Positions 19,102-29,771 of a stretch of DNA of 64,000 nt are shown in pieces. Under the pieces are notes generated by a model, which saw nothing but the letters and a program-made list of their open reading frames with translations, did not search any database and had not been told where the DNA came from. Every line of letters starts with the position of its first letter. Position 1 is the stretch's first letter. The stretch is from a virus: positions 117,466-181,465 of IMG/VR virus record IMGVR_UViG_3300045988_076685. One strand, written 5' to 3'. The position numbers were made by a program, and so were the translations under genes.

Positions 19102-19124
19102 AAAAACTACTTACTTTATAATTA

Positions 19125-19895
19125 CTACATATCTGCCAGCATAGCATCGAAGTCTTCATCTTGAGCCTCCTTGCCTTCAGTAGAGTCGATAGATTTAGCC
19201 TCTTCTGAATCAGCTGCTGGTACAGGAGCAGTAGGCTTACGCTTCTCCATATCCTCTTTTTGTTTAATCTCATAACTAGAGAATGACAATTTATCTTCCT
19301 CTAAGCTAGCAAAATTATCACGGATATAGAACTGTCCATCACTATTAATAGCTCCAATATCAGGAATCTTAGCAAATACATTGCCAGTTTCCTTTGAAAT
19401 TCCCTTTTCATCCTTTTTCTTTTCCTTACGACCACTAAGCTTTAAATAAAAGTTTTTATTCATACAATGCTTAGTCAATACTGCCTGGAAAAGCTGCATG
19501 AATTGGTCAGTACTTTTACAAGCAGGAGCTTTAGTTATAAACAATTCTTTAGCTTTATCACCTCCCACTACTGTTATAATATGCAGCATAAAACCCTTAA
19601 GCTGTTCAAATGCTGAAGGAAGTACATATGGGAATTCTACACCCTTAGAATCCTTTCTCTTACCCTCATATCTTTTAGCAGAACTTTCATTAGGGTAAAA
19701 CAATGATTCCTGATAAGTTCCTTGCTCTCCTTCAAAATGAAGTACCAGAGATTTCCAAGTTGTATTAGGGTCTTGCTTACCTTGACCCTCTTTAACTTCT
19801 ACACTTTTTAACTGAACGAGATAAATTCCATAAGGACGAAGACCTTTCTTACTTGTAGGATTAATATCACCAAGACCACCAAAATTCAAATTCAT
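19125..19895 (-). CDS. putative single-stranded DNA-binding protein
   Basis: 256 aa; higher GC than neighbours; acidic C-terminal tail QDEDFDAMLADM typical of phage SSBs; replication-gene context. Confidence 0.35.
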   Translation of the reverse strand: MNLNFGGLGDINPTSKKGLRPYGIYLVQLKSVEVKEGQGKQDPNTTWKSLVLHFEGEQGTYQESLFYPNESSAKRYEGKRKDSKGVEFPYVLPSAFEQLKGFMLHIITVVGGDKAKELFITKAPACKSTDQFMQLFQAVLTKHCMNKNFYLKLSGRKEKKKDEKGISKETGNVFAKIPDIGAINSDGQFYIRDNFASLEEDKLSFSSYEIKQKEDMEKRKPTAPVPAADSEEAKSIDSTEGKEAQDEDFDAMLADM

Positions 19896-19907
19896 ATTGC
19901 TATATTA

Positions 19908-20513
19908 TTAAAGATTATCGAAATTAAAATCATTATCTGAGATTTCTGTATCATCTGCGTTGCCGTCAATAAGACTAGCCATTTCGTCATCTAATTCATC
20001 TTCTGATGCAATATCCTCTGCTTCAGGAACTACATCTTCTTTAATCTCAGGCTCTCGATTACCTGTTAATATAAACAATCCATCAATTTTAGGATGTGGA
20101 GTGAAAGTAAACTCATTACCATGCTCAGCAAGGTTCTGGTTATTCTTTCCTCTATATGAAACTGCATTCTTCTGAGTTAATTTATTACCTGACTGCGTAC
20201 CAAATGTTTCAGCAGCTCCGATAACTAAGCACTCTTTCTTATTAAGTTTCTGCTGTTTAATATCTACTTTATCTCCTGGTTCTACACCAAGAGCCTCAAC
20301 AGCTGCCTTATTAAGAATATACTTATTCTCCTCAAGAATTAATAGTGGATTAGGATTTGTATCATCTACTTCTGGATCTTTCTTTTTAGAAGAAGACTTA
20401 CGAGTAGACGGCTTCTTTACAGAATCATCCTTCAATTCACGTGTGTCAGTAAAAATTTCTCCAGTCTCTTCATTAAGCCACTCGGACTTAATTGTCATTT
20501 TAATTAGCTTCAT
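19908..20513 (-). CDS. hypothetical protein with acidic C-terminal tail
   Basis: 201 aa; C-terminus DELDDEMASLIDGNADDTEISDNDFNFDNL. Confidence 0.4.
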   Translation of the reverse strand: MKLIKMTIKSEWLNEETGEIFTDTRELKDDSVKKPSTRKSSSKKKDPEVDDTNPNPLLILEENKYILNKAAVEALGVEPGDKVDIKQQKLNKKECLVIGAAETFGTQSGNKLTQKNAVSYRGKNNQNLAEHGNEFTFTPHPKIDGLFILTGNREPEIKEDVVPEAEDIASEDELDDEMASLIDGNADDTEISDNDFNFDNL

Positions 20514-21252
20514 TTAAAATATTGTCATCATTATTGGTTTCATTATGGTCATCTGCGATTTCTTCTTCCTCACCATATTCAAAGTTATGGATAGTATCTA
20601 AAACCTTCTGCATATTAGGTTCAATCAGTTTATCTTTAAAACATCCATCAACACTACGACAAGTATCGTTACCATTGGTTTTAGTTCTAAAGAAATAACT
20701 AATATTGCCCTCATCATCAACCTGGCGTTCAGTATATAAAATATAAGAAAATAAACCATCAATATTTACGGTTCTATCCAACATTTTACCACTAGAATAT
20801 AACTGCCAATGTTCATCGAGGTCAGTACCAGCATTAATAATATGACTAATGAATACTACATTGAGATCTTCACGCAATTCACTAGCTTCCATGATTAAAT
20901 CATAGTAATTTTTAGCAAACACAACGTGTTTATCCCAGCCCTTCTCAAGGGCAGAGTCCATTATATTATTTGAAAGACAATAGTTAGCATCATCTACGAC
21001 TACTGTCTTAATATCCGAACGTAATTTATCAATAATCTTCAACCACTTACCAATAGTAGTATAATCATTAGACACCAGCCAATTTCCAACTGGCTTTTTA
21101 TTTACAACTTCAGCTTTCTTGTACTTACGTCTAAATCCAGGAATTTGAAGCTGCTTGTTAGTACAACTAATAATAAATGTTGATTTATAATCCAAATAAC
21201 GTAAAGAAGTGCTTTTTCCGGTACCACTCAAACCTGCTAAACCAATAATCAT
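20500..21252 (-). CDS. P-loop NTPase (possible Sak4-like recombinase or helicase loader)
   Basis: 250 aa; Walker A GLAGLSGTGKST at N-terminus, Walker B VVVDDANY; start overlaps DnaB-family gene. Confidence 0.45.
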   Translation of the reverse strand: MIIGLAGLSGTGKSTSLRYLDYKSTFIISCTNKQLQIPGFRRKYKKAEVVNKKPVGNWLVSNDYTTIGKWLKIIDKLRSDIKTVVVDDANYCLSNNIMDSALEKGWDKHVVFAKNYYDLIMEASELREDLNVVFISHIINAGTDLDEHWQLYSSGKMLDRTVNIDGLFSYILYTERQVDDEGNISYFFRTKTNGNDTCRSVDGCFKDKLIEPNMQKVLDTIHNFEYGEEEEIADDHNETNNDDNILNEAN

Positions 21253-22322
21253 AAACTATAGTCTAATTTACTTTTCACTTTTTCATCTTCAATATTATCT
21301 GTTAAATTATTATTATTATCTGTAGCTCGATATTTAGAATAATCATAAATCTCGGAAGGAGGAGGTAGTTCTACCCATTTATTTACCATGCCATCAAAGA
21401 AACAACAATCAGCTACTTGATTTTCTCCATATCTTGATTTTAACACAAGAATACTTCTGAATCTATAACCCATTTCTTTTACTTGATATCCTCTATAAGA
21501 GGAGCGTTTATCAACTTGAGGATTATAGACAGCTAGAATCAATTCTGCTGCTTCACTTGGAGTACCAGTTTCCTTGATATCCTCAACCATTGGTTCCATG
21601 AAAGCTTCATTTTTCTTTCTTTCCATGTTAGCCACACTTCTATTAGACTGCATGATGAAAAGAACAGATAAATCAGTTTTATTTCTAATAACTACAAGTT
21701 TATTAGCACATTCGTCAATCTCTCCTTTTTTAGTGCGTCCATTAGCAGGTATTAAAAGTCCCGCATGGTCAATTACAGCTAAAACAGTTTGTTCAGGATT
21801 ATTAGGAGTATAATGACCATCTTCAAAAGTACCCTCTTCTTTAAGAACCTGCATAATTTCAGATATTACCTTATCAGAAGTATGGGCACCATCAAATATA
21901 ATTAATTTTTTATATACTTTTTCTAGCCATTCATATCCTAATTTTACATATTCATATATATCATCTGGTAAAGTATAATCTTTACCTATAGAAAGTATCT
22001 GTTTAGCAGATATTCTAATATGATAAGTATCATACAAATACGTACTTAATAGTTTAGCTATAATAAAGGATTCTTTCATCTCAAGAGCAAAGAAGATAAT
22101 CTTAATTTTATCATCTTCTAGATGCTCTTTTAATGGAATATAAACATATGAATATAATGCCGCAGAACTCTTACCAATACCTGAACTAGCAAACAACAAT
22201 GTGAAGGTACTTTTAGTAAGTCCTCCTGTTATTTCTTCTAGTTTAGGTAACCCTATACTTAATCCATGATTTCTTCCTAATCTACCGTTTTCTACTTCTT
22301 TCTTAAAACTCTCTAAACTCAC
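21249..22322 (-). CDS. DnaB-family replicative helicase (RecA-like C-terminal domain)
   Basis: 357 aa; H1 SSGIGKSSAAL, H1a FFALEM, Walker B LIIFDGAH, VIDHAGLL, H3 FIMQSNRS, H4 LVLKSRYG. Confidence 0.65.
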   Translation of the reverse strand: MSLESFKKEVENGRLGRNHGLSIGLPKLEEITGGLTKSTFTLLFASSGIGKSSAALYSYVYIPLKEHLEDDKIKIIFFALEMKESFIIAKLLSTYLYDTYHIRISAKQILSIGKDYTLPDDIYEYVKLGYEWLEKVYKKLIIFDGAHTSDKVISEIMQVLKEEGTFEDGHYTPNNPEQTVLAVIDHAGLLIPANGRTKKGEIDECANKLVVIRNKTDLSVLFIMQSNRSVANMERKKNEAFMEPMVEDIKETGTPSEAAELILAVYNPQVDKRSSYRGYQVKEMGYRFRSILVLKSRYGENQVADCCFFDGMVNKWVELPPPSEIYDYSKYRATDNNNNLTDNIEDEKVKSKLDYSL

Positions 22323-22930
22323 AGAGTTGCAACAGTATTACAATCCATTCCAGTGTCTCCATTCTTTAAAGCTTCAAGATCTTCCCATTTTTCATCCACA
22401 ATAAATGTAGCTAAGCTATAATTAATAATACCATTATCAGTATTAGCTTCCCAATCTAGTAAGTCAATAATCTTTTTATGAAGTTCTTCGTTCCAATGAA
22501 TTTTCTTTCCATAAGTTCTATAAGCATCTTCAAGACTATTAAACTTTTTAGAAACACCTAGCATACTAGTTAAGCATCCATTAATATTTCTAAATCTAGG
22601 ATAATGTTCTCTAAGTTCTTTTCCCATTTCAAAGGAGCTCTTAGCTAAACATTTTAAGAAGTTTTTATTAAATGGTATCTCTTCAGGAATTAATTTCATT
22701 CCTGGAATAATTTTATAACTTTTAAGGATAAGACCTTTATCTTGTAAAGATTTAAGTACATCTATAAAACTTCCTACATACTTTTTATCAATAGCTAAAT
22801 ACCTACGAAGATAATCTTCTGAATAATCTTCTATATAAGCATTTATAGCTTTAACAACAAATAACTCAGTAGGAGTAATATTATATTTTTCTAAAATTGT
22901 TATTTCTTCATCAATGTTTAAATCAAACAT
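22319..22930 (-). CDS. hypothetical protein
   Basis: 203 aa ORF. Confidence 0.45.
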   Translation of the reverse strand: MFDLNIDEEITILEKYNITPTELFVVKAINAYIEDYSEDYLRRYLAIDKKYVGSFIDVLKSLQDKGLILKSYKIIPGMKLIPEEIPFNKNFLKCLAKSSFEMGKELREHYPRFRNINGCLTSMLGVSKKFNSLEDAYRTYGKKIHWNEELHKKIIDLLDWEANTDNGIINYSLATFIVDEKWEDLEALKNGDTGMDCNTVATL

Positions 22931-23008
22931 ACAGTAATTCGGATAATTAAAAGTCTTCCATACTGTAATTAAGTTAATCTCTTCTCAGAGCGATATTAAT
23001 ACATAGAT

Positions 23009-24298
23009 TCAGAATCTAAAATCAAATTTAGGAACTATCTTTTCACCTGGGGTAAAGTCTTTACCTTGTAATACTTTATCCAATTCTGATTCGTCTATAG
23101 TTATAAAAGAATCTTCTTTATGAGAATCATAAAACCACTTAGTTTCTTGAGTCCTATTTAATACTATATTGAATATTTCTGCTGTCTTACCTTTTTCAAA
23201 TCGGATTGATCTTCCTCTTCGTTGACAAGCTCTAGTAGTTGAACTATCTAATCCAAATATAATAGCTACAGAAAGACCTTTTACATCAAGTCCTTCATCA
23301 GCTTTTTTTACTGTAGATAATAAAGTTATCTTTCCAGAGTTAAAATCTTCAATAGCTGTAGCGCTCCTTTTCTTAGAAGTTCTACTAGAATATACAGTAG
23401 CATTAGGAATTTTTTCTGCCATTTTAATATTATTAGCAAAAGTTATTATTTTTTTATCCTTTCTAGCTTCTATAATTTTCTTTACTATTTCAATTTTCTT
23501 TGGATGATTATTTATAAAAGCTTTTTTCTCATGCATAGTGGACCAAAATCTGATAGCATGATAATTTATATTTTGTAATACTTCAGATTTTTTGTTAGGG
23601 TCACTACACATAGAATCTCTTAGGAGTAGTTTATTTCGCCAACCCATAGGACCAACTAGTTTATTAACTAACTCCCAAGAGAATCCGAAGAATTCAAAAT
23701 GAGAAATGAATTCTTTATTTATTTTTTCATATTCTTCTAAATCATCTACATTTACTAAGACTAGGTATTCTTTATATGGGCTAACCCAACCATTTGCAAG
23801 ACAAGTATTAATATCAATAGTATCAATTACTGGACAATATTGTGCTAATATTTTATCTCTACCATCAAGACGCTCAAAAGTAGCTGTAAGACCTAAGATA
23901 AATTGGTATTTTACTACTTCAAATAATCTTACAAAGGTTTCAGCTGCATATCTATGAGCTTCATCCAGTACTAAAAGATCATATTTGGCAGGATGTTTTA
24001 TTACAGTGTTTATTATTTGTACATCACAACTTAATCCTAGTCCATTAGAATCTATATGACCACACCATTGTTTTTGTAAAGTTTCTGTTGGTACAATTAT
24101 TAGTACTCGATATTGAGGGAAGTGTTTTAGCACTGTCTTAATACAGTTTAGTCCTATTCTGCTCTTACCAAATCCAGTAGATGCAACTATTGTCCCTACA
24201 CAACGATTTTTTATCCATTTTCTACGACACTCTTCTTGTCGTTCATCTCTAGTGATTTTATGAAATAATTCTCCTTCAATCAGAGAGTTTGTAGCCAT
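23009..24298 (-). CDS. SF2 DEAD/DEAH-box DNA helicase (UvsW/Res-like)
   Basis: 429 aa; Walker A ASTGFGKS, DEAH box LVLDEAHRY, motif VI QRRGRSIR. Confidence 0.65.
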   Translation of the reverse strand: MATNSLIEGELFHKITRDERQEECRRKWIKNRCVGTIVASTGFGKSRIGLNCIKTVLKHFPQYRVLIIVPTETLQKQWCGHIDSNGLGLSCDVQIINTVIKHPAKYDLLVLDEAHRYAAETFVRLFEVVKYQFILGLTATFERLDGRDKILAQYCPVIDTIDINTCLANGWVSPYKEYLVLVNVDDLEEYEKINKEFISHFEFFGFSWELVNKLVGPMGWRNKLLLRDSMCSDPNKKSEVLQNINYHAIRFWSTMHEKKAFINNHPKKIEIVKKIIEARKDKKIITFANNIKMAEKIPNATVYSSRTSKKRSATAIEDFNSGKITLLSTVKKADEGLDVKGLSVAIIFGLDSSTTRACQRRGRSIRFEKGKTAEIFNIVLNRTQETKWFYDSHKEDSFITIDESELDKVLQGKDFTPGEKIVPKFDFRF

Positions 24299-25262
24299 TG
24301 TAATCAGCTACTGCTTTGATTTGCTTAATACGCTTCTCCCATTCTGAAGCTTGCCATCTAACCTTATTTTCGAGATGCAGTAAAACTTTATCTCTTAAGG
24401 TTTCCAATTGCACTTTAGTCAGATCATTATAACGCTTATCATATTTATCCTTACGGAATGTAAGCATTGCGCTAAACTCTTTTAGAGTTAAGCCTTTTCT
24501 ATCATCAATTTTCAAAACAAGACCCTTTCTATCTTCAGGATTCTTAGGGTCTCTCAGTTTAATATTTAGAAGTTCAGCAACTTGCTTAATTCTATCTACT
24601 AAACGACCATTCTCATCTTTCTTATTTAATTCTAGTAATTCAGAACGTGTAAACCACAATCCCAGCTCAGTAATGAATGTAAGAGTAATATGTTTACGAA
24701 CACATTTACCTAAAGCAGACAAACAAGCTTCTCTAACGATATACAATGGTAATGAAGCAAACATAGTAAATGAATCTTCATCACTATTCATAATATCATT
24801 AAGAGTCCACTCTTTAAAGAGAGTCTCTGCAATAGCACTAACATTTGTCTCGCCCTCACCACTTTCTGCATTCTCTTTAGCAAACTGTTCTGCCTGAGCA
24901 GTAATCTGCTGATTGAGCATATTAAAGAAACTAGTTCTTACAATACCTTGTCTAGTACTACCTTCACCTGGATATAATAGCCAAATTAAGAACAACTCAG
25001 CGTTGCAGCGAGTTCTTTGGTCTTCAATCTGTTCCAACAAAACTCGTCGTCCAGGATTCTCATAGTTGTCACTATAAAGCATTGATTCACAATGTTTATA
25101 CGCCTTACGTAACTCCTCTTCAGTCATATCTACCATTTTCATGGAAGACTGAATACGTTCACCATCTACAATTTTTCTGGAACCTTTCCAGAGAAATGTT
25201 TCTACATCATTATTCTTAGCTTCAAAAGCTTGATTGAGTTTATCACCTAAAACTGTTGTCAT
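24276..25262 (-). CDS. hypothetical protein
   Basis: 328 aa ORF. Confidence 0.5.
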   Translation of the reverse strand: MTTVLGDKLNQAFEAKNNDVETFLWKGSRKIVDGERIQSSMKMVDMTEEELRKAYKHCESMLYSDNYENPGRRVLLEQIEDQRTRCNAELFLIWLLYPGEGSTRQGIVRTSFFNMLNQQITAQAEQFAKENAESGEGETNVSAIAETLFKEWTLNDIMNSDEDSFTMFASLPLYIVREACLSALGKCVRKHITLTFITELGLWFTRSELLELNKKDENGRLVDRIKQVAELLNIKLRDPKNPEDRKGLVLKIDDRKGLTLKEFSAMLTFRKDKYDKRYNDLTKVQLETLRDKVLLHLENKVRWQASEWEKRIKQIKAVADYNGYKLSD

Positions 25263-25278
25263 AAATCTTAAAGATTAT

Positions 25279-25617
25279 TTATTGTATTATTATATCATCT
25301 ACGTTTTTAGGTCTTTGAGGGACAAACTTAATAAACCAGACATTATTATATCTGTATTTCTGTTGTGTGTCTCCATCGTACCATTCATCTATCCCTGCTA
25401 TTACAGGCTTCACTTCGAGATAACCAATATCCCCATAATTTATAGTAGCAGCACTCCAATTAGGAGGTTGGGTACACATAAGGTATTTAGTCTTTTCTCT
25501 AAGCTTATCCTCATTATCTAACAATTCGAATACATATATTACATAGCCTAAGCTATCATTAAATTTCTCAAGTAATTTACTATAAACAACCATTAATTGA
25601 TAAATAAATTTCCGCAA
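25279..25617 (-). CDS. hypothetical protein
   Basis: 112 aa ORF. Confidence 0.4.
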   Translation of the reverse strand: MRKFIYQLMVVYSKLLEKFNDSLGYVIYVFELLDNEDKLREKTKYLMCTQPPNWSAATINYGDIGYLEVKPVIAGIDEWYDGDTQQKYRYNNVWFIKFVPQRPKNVDDIIIQ

Positions 25618-25825
25618 TAATATGGTAATCCTTTTTCAAGGCGTAAATATTATTTATCAATTTTTAGTAATTTTAGTTATCTAGGATTATAATTTCTGCA
25701 TCCATACTTAGCAAAATTACATTTAAGCATGTCCATATTTACTAAGCATTTATATCTTTTACAATTCTTACAATCTCTATCTGGAAATTTAAATTTCTTA
25801 CCGTCAGTATCCTTTATGTAAGTAT

Positions 25826-26191
25826 CTAATGTATTAGAGCACATATTATAGATAATATACTTATACCTCCAAATAAATAATTCAGTTTTGATAATTTTTT
25901 ATTTTGTATATACAATTCATTATTTTTATCAGATTGAATCTTTATTTGGTAATCTTTATATGTTAGCGTACTATCCAATGTATTTACTAAAGATTTATAG
26001 TTATTTATTTGAATTTTTTGTAGACTATCATTTACTAGTAAATATTTATGCTCATTAAAAATAAGATTAGTTATTTTTAATTGATACGGTGTCAATAAGA
26101 AGTTTTCTCCCGACTTCTTGAATGTAGTTTGTGAAAAACTGCATGTCGCTATCAGGAGACTGCTTAATAATATTGTCCTTCTCTTTAACAT
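25826..26191 (-). CDS. putative lipoprotein (start taken at MLKRRTILLSSLLIATC)
   Basis: ORF 25826..26239; internal Met gives a signal peptide with lipobox LIATC; overlaps the 3' end of ORF 26067..26399 in another frame, so one of the two is probably mis-extended. Confidence 0.35.
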   Translation of the reverse strand: MLKRRTILLSSLLIATCSFSQTTFKKSGENFLLTPYQLKITNLIFNEHKYLLVNDSLQKIQINNYKSLVNTLDSTLTYKDYQIKIQSDKNNELYIQNKKLSKLNYLFGGISILSIICALIH

Positions 26192-26399
26192 AGATAGTTT
26201 TATTATAGTAGATAGCAGTGTCACACTTATTGATATCAACTTTAATAGAATTTTTCTTACTATTTAATGAGTCTATTTTTCTTTCTAAAGTATCTGTAGG
26301 TGTTACAGTAGTAGATTTAAATCCTCTATATAAAAAGATAGTAGCCCCTATAATAGTAATAAAAATTAATATTAAAATTAGTCTATCTAAAAGTTTCAT
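26067..26399 (-). CDS. membrane-anchored hypothetical protein
   Basis: 110 aa; N-terminal TM helix LILILIFITIIGATIFLY; overlaps 25826..26191 by about 125 nt. Confidence 0.35.
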   Translation of the reverse strand: MKLLDRLILILIFITIIGATIFLYRGFKSTTVTPTDTLERKIDSLNSKKNSIKVDINKCDTAIYYNKTIYVKEKDNIIKQSPDSDMQFFTNYIQEVGRKLLIDTVSIKNN

Positions 26400-26821
26400 T
26401 AATCTGCTACTACCTTATTATATAAAGCTGCTTTTTGAGCCAAAGCTTTAGCTTTCTCATATTTATCTTTAGCTTTCGCATAAGATACACTGTACTGCTC
26501 AGGATATTGCTTTACGTGATTGACTTCGTTATCAAGTATGTATTTCACAGTCTCAATATTAAGAAGTCCTGCTCTACCTAATAGTACATTGGTATTTCTA
26601 TCACTAACACTTTTACCATAAGCAATTTTCTTACCAAGCTCATTGTTGTGTTTGTCTACTGGATTACAGAAAGATACTCCAAAACTAAGAATTCTAGTAA
26701 CATTTTCACGTATAGTACTTTCTCTAAGAACAGCACATACTACAAAGTAGTGATCTTTACCTTCAAAGTCTACGAAACTACCTTCTCTGTAATCTACAAG
26801 TTTCTGTTTTACGTTTGTCAT
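26399..26821 (-). CDS. hypothetical protein
   Basis: 140 aa ORF. Confidence 0.45.
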   Translation of the reverse strand: MTNVKQKLVDYREGSFVDFEGKDHYFVVCAVLRESTIRENVTRILSFGVSFCNPVDKHNNELGKKIAYGKSVSDRNTNVLLGRAGLLNIETVKYILDNEVNHVKQYPEQYSVSYAKAKDKYEKAKALAQKAALYNKVVAD

Positions 26822-27087
26822 AATTTTTTAAATTTGGAATTATTAATAATATAATCTAGAGGAGCCGATACTAAATCAATGGATTTTATAATTCTATATC
26901 CAATCTTTTTAGTAACTTGCACTCTCTCTTTAAGAGGTTTACTTGAAGATATAAACTTACTACCTAGCAATTCTTCTCTATCTTTATAGTGAGCATATGC
27001 TGTAAGTTCATAGACGAACACCTTAGAAACTGTAATGTCTCTATGATGTTCGTCTCTCCAAGTAGTTATAGGAATGGACTTAATCAT
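26818..27087 (-). CDS. hypothetical protein
   Basis: 89 aa ORF. Confidence 0.4.
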   Translation of the reverse strand: MIKSIPITTWRDEHHRDITVSKVFVYELTAYAHYKDREELLGSKFISSSKPLKERVQVTKKIGYRIIKSIDLVSAPLDYIINNSKFKKL

Positions 27088-27401
27088 TCCTCCATCAAAG
27101 TAGTATTGTTAGGAGTTTCCCCCACAATATCATATAATCTATGAAGTTCTTTTGTATAGGAATCTAAATATTGTTGCATAGTTAAAGCATTTTCAGGATT
27201 AGCTTTAGCTACTCTATATCTAGCAATTGATGCCATAGCTCCGGATAAGGTTAATCCATATCCCGCTAAAGTAAGTTCCTCTCTAGCCTCTCTAGTTTTA
27301 GATTTGGCATTAATGGTCTTCATAATATATAAATCCCAATGAGGACAACTTTCATCATTTGTTGAAGATCTTAATTCAAAATCAGACTCTTTAATTATCA
27401 T
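27084..27401 (-). CDS. hypothetical protein
   Basis: 105 aa ORF. Confidence 0.4.
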   Translation of the reverse strand: MIIKESDFELRSSTNDESCPHWDLYIMKTINAKSKTREAREELTLAGYGLTLSGAMASIARYRVAKANPENALTMQQYLDSYTKELHRLYDIVGETPNNTTLMEE

Positions 27402-27404
27402 AGA

Positions 27405-27518
27405 TTACTTTGATCCAATACCACCAGGTCTTGTTGTTGCATTCTTTACTGTTTGAGGAAGCTTATCCCACCATACCTGCTTCTGACGAAGTCTTTCAAG
27501 CTTTGCCTTATACTTCAT
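27405..27518 (-). CDS. small basic protein (37 aa)
   Basis: Hand-translated MKYKAKLERLRQKQVWWDKLPQTVKNATTRPGGIGSK; GC-richer than flanks; below ORF-track threshold. Confidence 0.25.
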   Translation of the reverse strand: MKYKAKLERLRQKQVWWDKLPQTVKNATTRPGGIGSK

Positions 27519-27677
27519 TTTAACTAGAATTGAAAATTAAAAGAAATTTAATCATCTGTGTAATATTAAAATTATCTAGGTAAATACCATAATTTAGTTG
27601 TAGACACATCTAGAATAGCCTACAGACTTCTAAATTTAGAATCATGAACAATTTATCACTCTAGAAATGAAAACGTC

Positions 27678-27858
27678 TTAGAGAGACTCTGAGACATTAC
27701 CCTCAAAGTGCTCCTCAGTATACTTACGAGCATCTTTGATATCATCAAAATATCTACTTGGTTTTAATCGGTCACTACGTTTTACCGCAATTTTACCACC
27801 AGTAGTACGATAAATAGTAATAGTGTCTACCGTTGCTTTTACAATTTCTTTAGCCATA
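27678..27858 (-). CDS. small hypothetical protein (59 aa)
   Basis: Hand-translated MAKEIVKATVDTITIYRTTGGKIAVKRSDRLKPSRYFDDIKDARKYTEEHFEGNVSESL; below ORF-track threshold. Confidence 0.3.
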
Positions 27859-27859
27859 A

Positions 27860-28078
27860 TTAATTATTTTTAAAAATTTTACTTAAAGTTTCTGTTAACT
27901 CAGGGTACAGATAATATAGTGCTAATAATGTATTTATAATTGGACATAATAATATCAATATTGATACTATATTCATAGGGACGTTATTACTAGTCCACCT
28001 GTTTATAACAGCAAATGCAGATCCAATATAAATAGCTGCACCAGCAAAAACAATTATTATTGATAATACTAAATACAT
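27860..28078 (-). CDS. small membrane protein
   Basis: 72 aa with two hydrophobic segments. Confidence 0.35.
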   Translation of the reverse strand: MYLVLSIIIVFAGAAIYIGSAFAVINRWTSNNVPMNIVSILILLCPIINTLLALYYLYPELTETLSKIFKNN

Positions 28079-28491
28079 TACTCTAATAATTCTAAGCTAG
28101 CATTACTAGCTAATTCATCCGCTAAATTATTACCAAAACAATCTTGATGTCCTCTAACATGGGTAAATTTAATATTTTTTATTAAAGATTTAACTCTTTC
28201 ATATTCTTTATCTAAGATATTCCAGAGTTCTACATTCTTCTTTTTCTTCCAACCTTTAGTAAGACATCCTAATACATATTGACTATCACTTATAAATTCT
28301 ACTTCATCCATTGGAGTTTTAATAGACTTAAAAGCACATAGCATAGCAATTAATTCCATTTTATTATTAGTAGTATGTTTAAAGCCTTTGGAGTACTTTT
28401 TAAATACTTCATCATCCTTCATCCATACTATTCCAATACCTCCTTGGTCAATAGAAGATTTATAAGCACCGTCAGTATAAATCTGTAACAT
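28078..28491 (-). CDS. rnhA: ribonuclease H
   Basis: 137 aa; RNase H1 catalytic motifs YTDGAY, ELIAM, SDSQYV, HVRGHQD...NNLADELA. Confidence 0.8.
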   Translation of the reverse strand: MLQIYTDGAYKSSIDQGGIGIVWMKDDEVFKKYSKGFKHTTNNKMELIAMLCAFKSIKTPMDEVEFISDSQYVLGCLTKGWKKKKNVELWNILDKEYERVKSLIKNIKFTHVRGHQDCFGNNLADELASNASLELLE

Positions 28492-28493
28492 AG

Positions 28494-28820
28494 TTATAAA
28501 GATATGTAATCTGCATATTCAAATACTATTCCATTCTTTTCAGGATCAAAATACGTTGTAGACATACAAAAAGTATCAAAATTATGAGATTTTCTATAAC
28601 CATTCAATAAATCTCTGACGTATTCTTCAGTATCCTCTATTGTGGAAATATAACAGTGTCCCTCACCTTTAATAACAATTCGTACATCTGAAGCATCATC
28701 TAAATCTCCAGTACTAGAACTAATTTCCCAAGTTCTATTATTTGTAAATAACGCTTCTAACTCTAAATTAATGTCATGAATTAAATTAGGGTCTAATTCA
28801 TTTTTATTTATAATGATCAT
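28494..28820 (-). CDS. hypothetical protein
   Basis: 108 aa ORF. Confidence 0.4.
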   Translation of the reverse strand: MIIINKNELDPNLIHDINLELEALFTNNRTWEISSSTGDLDDASDVRIVIKGEGHCYISTIEDTEEYVRDLLNGYRKSHNFDTFCMSTTYFDPEKNGIVFEYADYISL

Positions 28821-28961
28821 TTTTATTCCAAAGTATTAAATAACAACGTTCTCCTTCGAAATTTGAATACCATAATATGCATTGGTTATCTGTAATATCT
28901 AATCTTGGATCAATTATAATTATTACCAAAATAATAGTTATAATAAGTCCTAAAACATACA

Positions 28962-29771
28962 TCAGATAACATTAAGCATTGTAACGTTCTCAGGAAGATT
29001 ATCCCAATCTTTGTAAGAATTAGTAAACCATACGTGGTTAAAGTTTTCTGACAGATTCTTTATACCATTAGGATTTACCATATGAGTAACTGCAATATTT
29101 AAACGCTCTTTAGGAATACCTAAAGCATTAAATGCTTTAGCAATACCACAGAAGGTTCCACCACCATCACATAAATCATCAAGAATTAACAGAGATTTAT
29201 CCTGTATACTTTCAGGATTATCTATTTTAATCTCTAAGATTTTCCCAGTAGTTAAATCTCGAACTTTACTACAAGTAATTCCTACGCGATTATATCTGAA
29301 TTCATTTCTCTTTACAGCTCCGGCATCTGGGAAAACTAATTGAAATTCTTTCCAAGTATTATTAGATGGATTCTTTTCACCATAGAGAGGCATAAATTTA
29401 ACTCCGAATCTAGGATCATAATAAACATCAGAATGAGGTTCTAAAATTTCAATAGTCTCTGCATTACAATTTTTTAATATATTTAAGACTATTTTTAAAG
29501 TGAATGGTCTATTGAAATCCATTACTCGGTCCATTCTCATACTCATTAAGTAATAGATATTTAACTTATATAGAACTTCATGTCTATCAAGAATATCTAA
29601 AACTTGCATAAGTATAAATAAGTCTTCAGCATTAGTAACTCTACATTTTACTAATACTTGTTCCTTATGACTGAATTCTTCTAAGGAAATTTGAACTTCC
29701 CCATCAGGAAATCTAAAGATAGAATATTTAATATCACTATTTTCTAAATGTACTAAATTTAATTGTTGCAT
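28962..29771 (-). CDS. ribose-phosphate pyrophosphokinase-like protein (candidate ADPR-pyrophosphate synthetase Adps)
   Basis: 269 aa; Prs-family motifs FPDGEV (cf. FSDGEV), FPDAGAVKR, PRPP-binding loop LILDDLCDGGGTFCGIAKA (cf. VLVDDMIDTGGTLC); shorter than canonical Prs. Confidence 0.6.
   Translation of the reverse strand: MQQLNLVHLENSDIKYSIFRFPDGEVQISLEEFSHKEQVLVKCRVTNAEDLFILMQVLDILDRHEVLYKLNIYYLMSMRMDRVMDFNRPFTLKIVLNILKNCNAETIEILEPHSDVYYDPRFGVKFMPLYGEKNPSNNTWKEFQLVFPDAGAVKRNEFRYNRVGITCSKVRDLTTGKILEIKIDNPESIQDKSLLILDDLCDGGGTFCGIAKAFNALGIPKERLNIAVTHMVNPNGIKNLSENFNHVWFTNSYKDWDNLPENVTMLNVI

Noticed and set aside
16900-20175. Plus-strand ORFs 16900..17118, 17303..17557, 17844..18101, 19498..19698, 19960..20175
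   Set aside because: Antisense shadows of minus-strand genes; no independent support.
21574-26451. Plus-strand ORFs 21574..21813, 23706..23957, 24673..24897, 25234..25521, 26218..26451, 26648..26854
   Set aside because: Embedded antisense in the DnaB, SF2 helicase and neighbouring genes.
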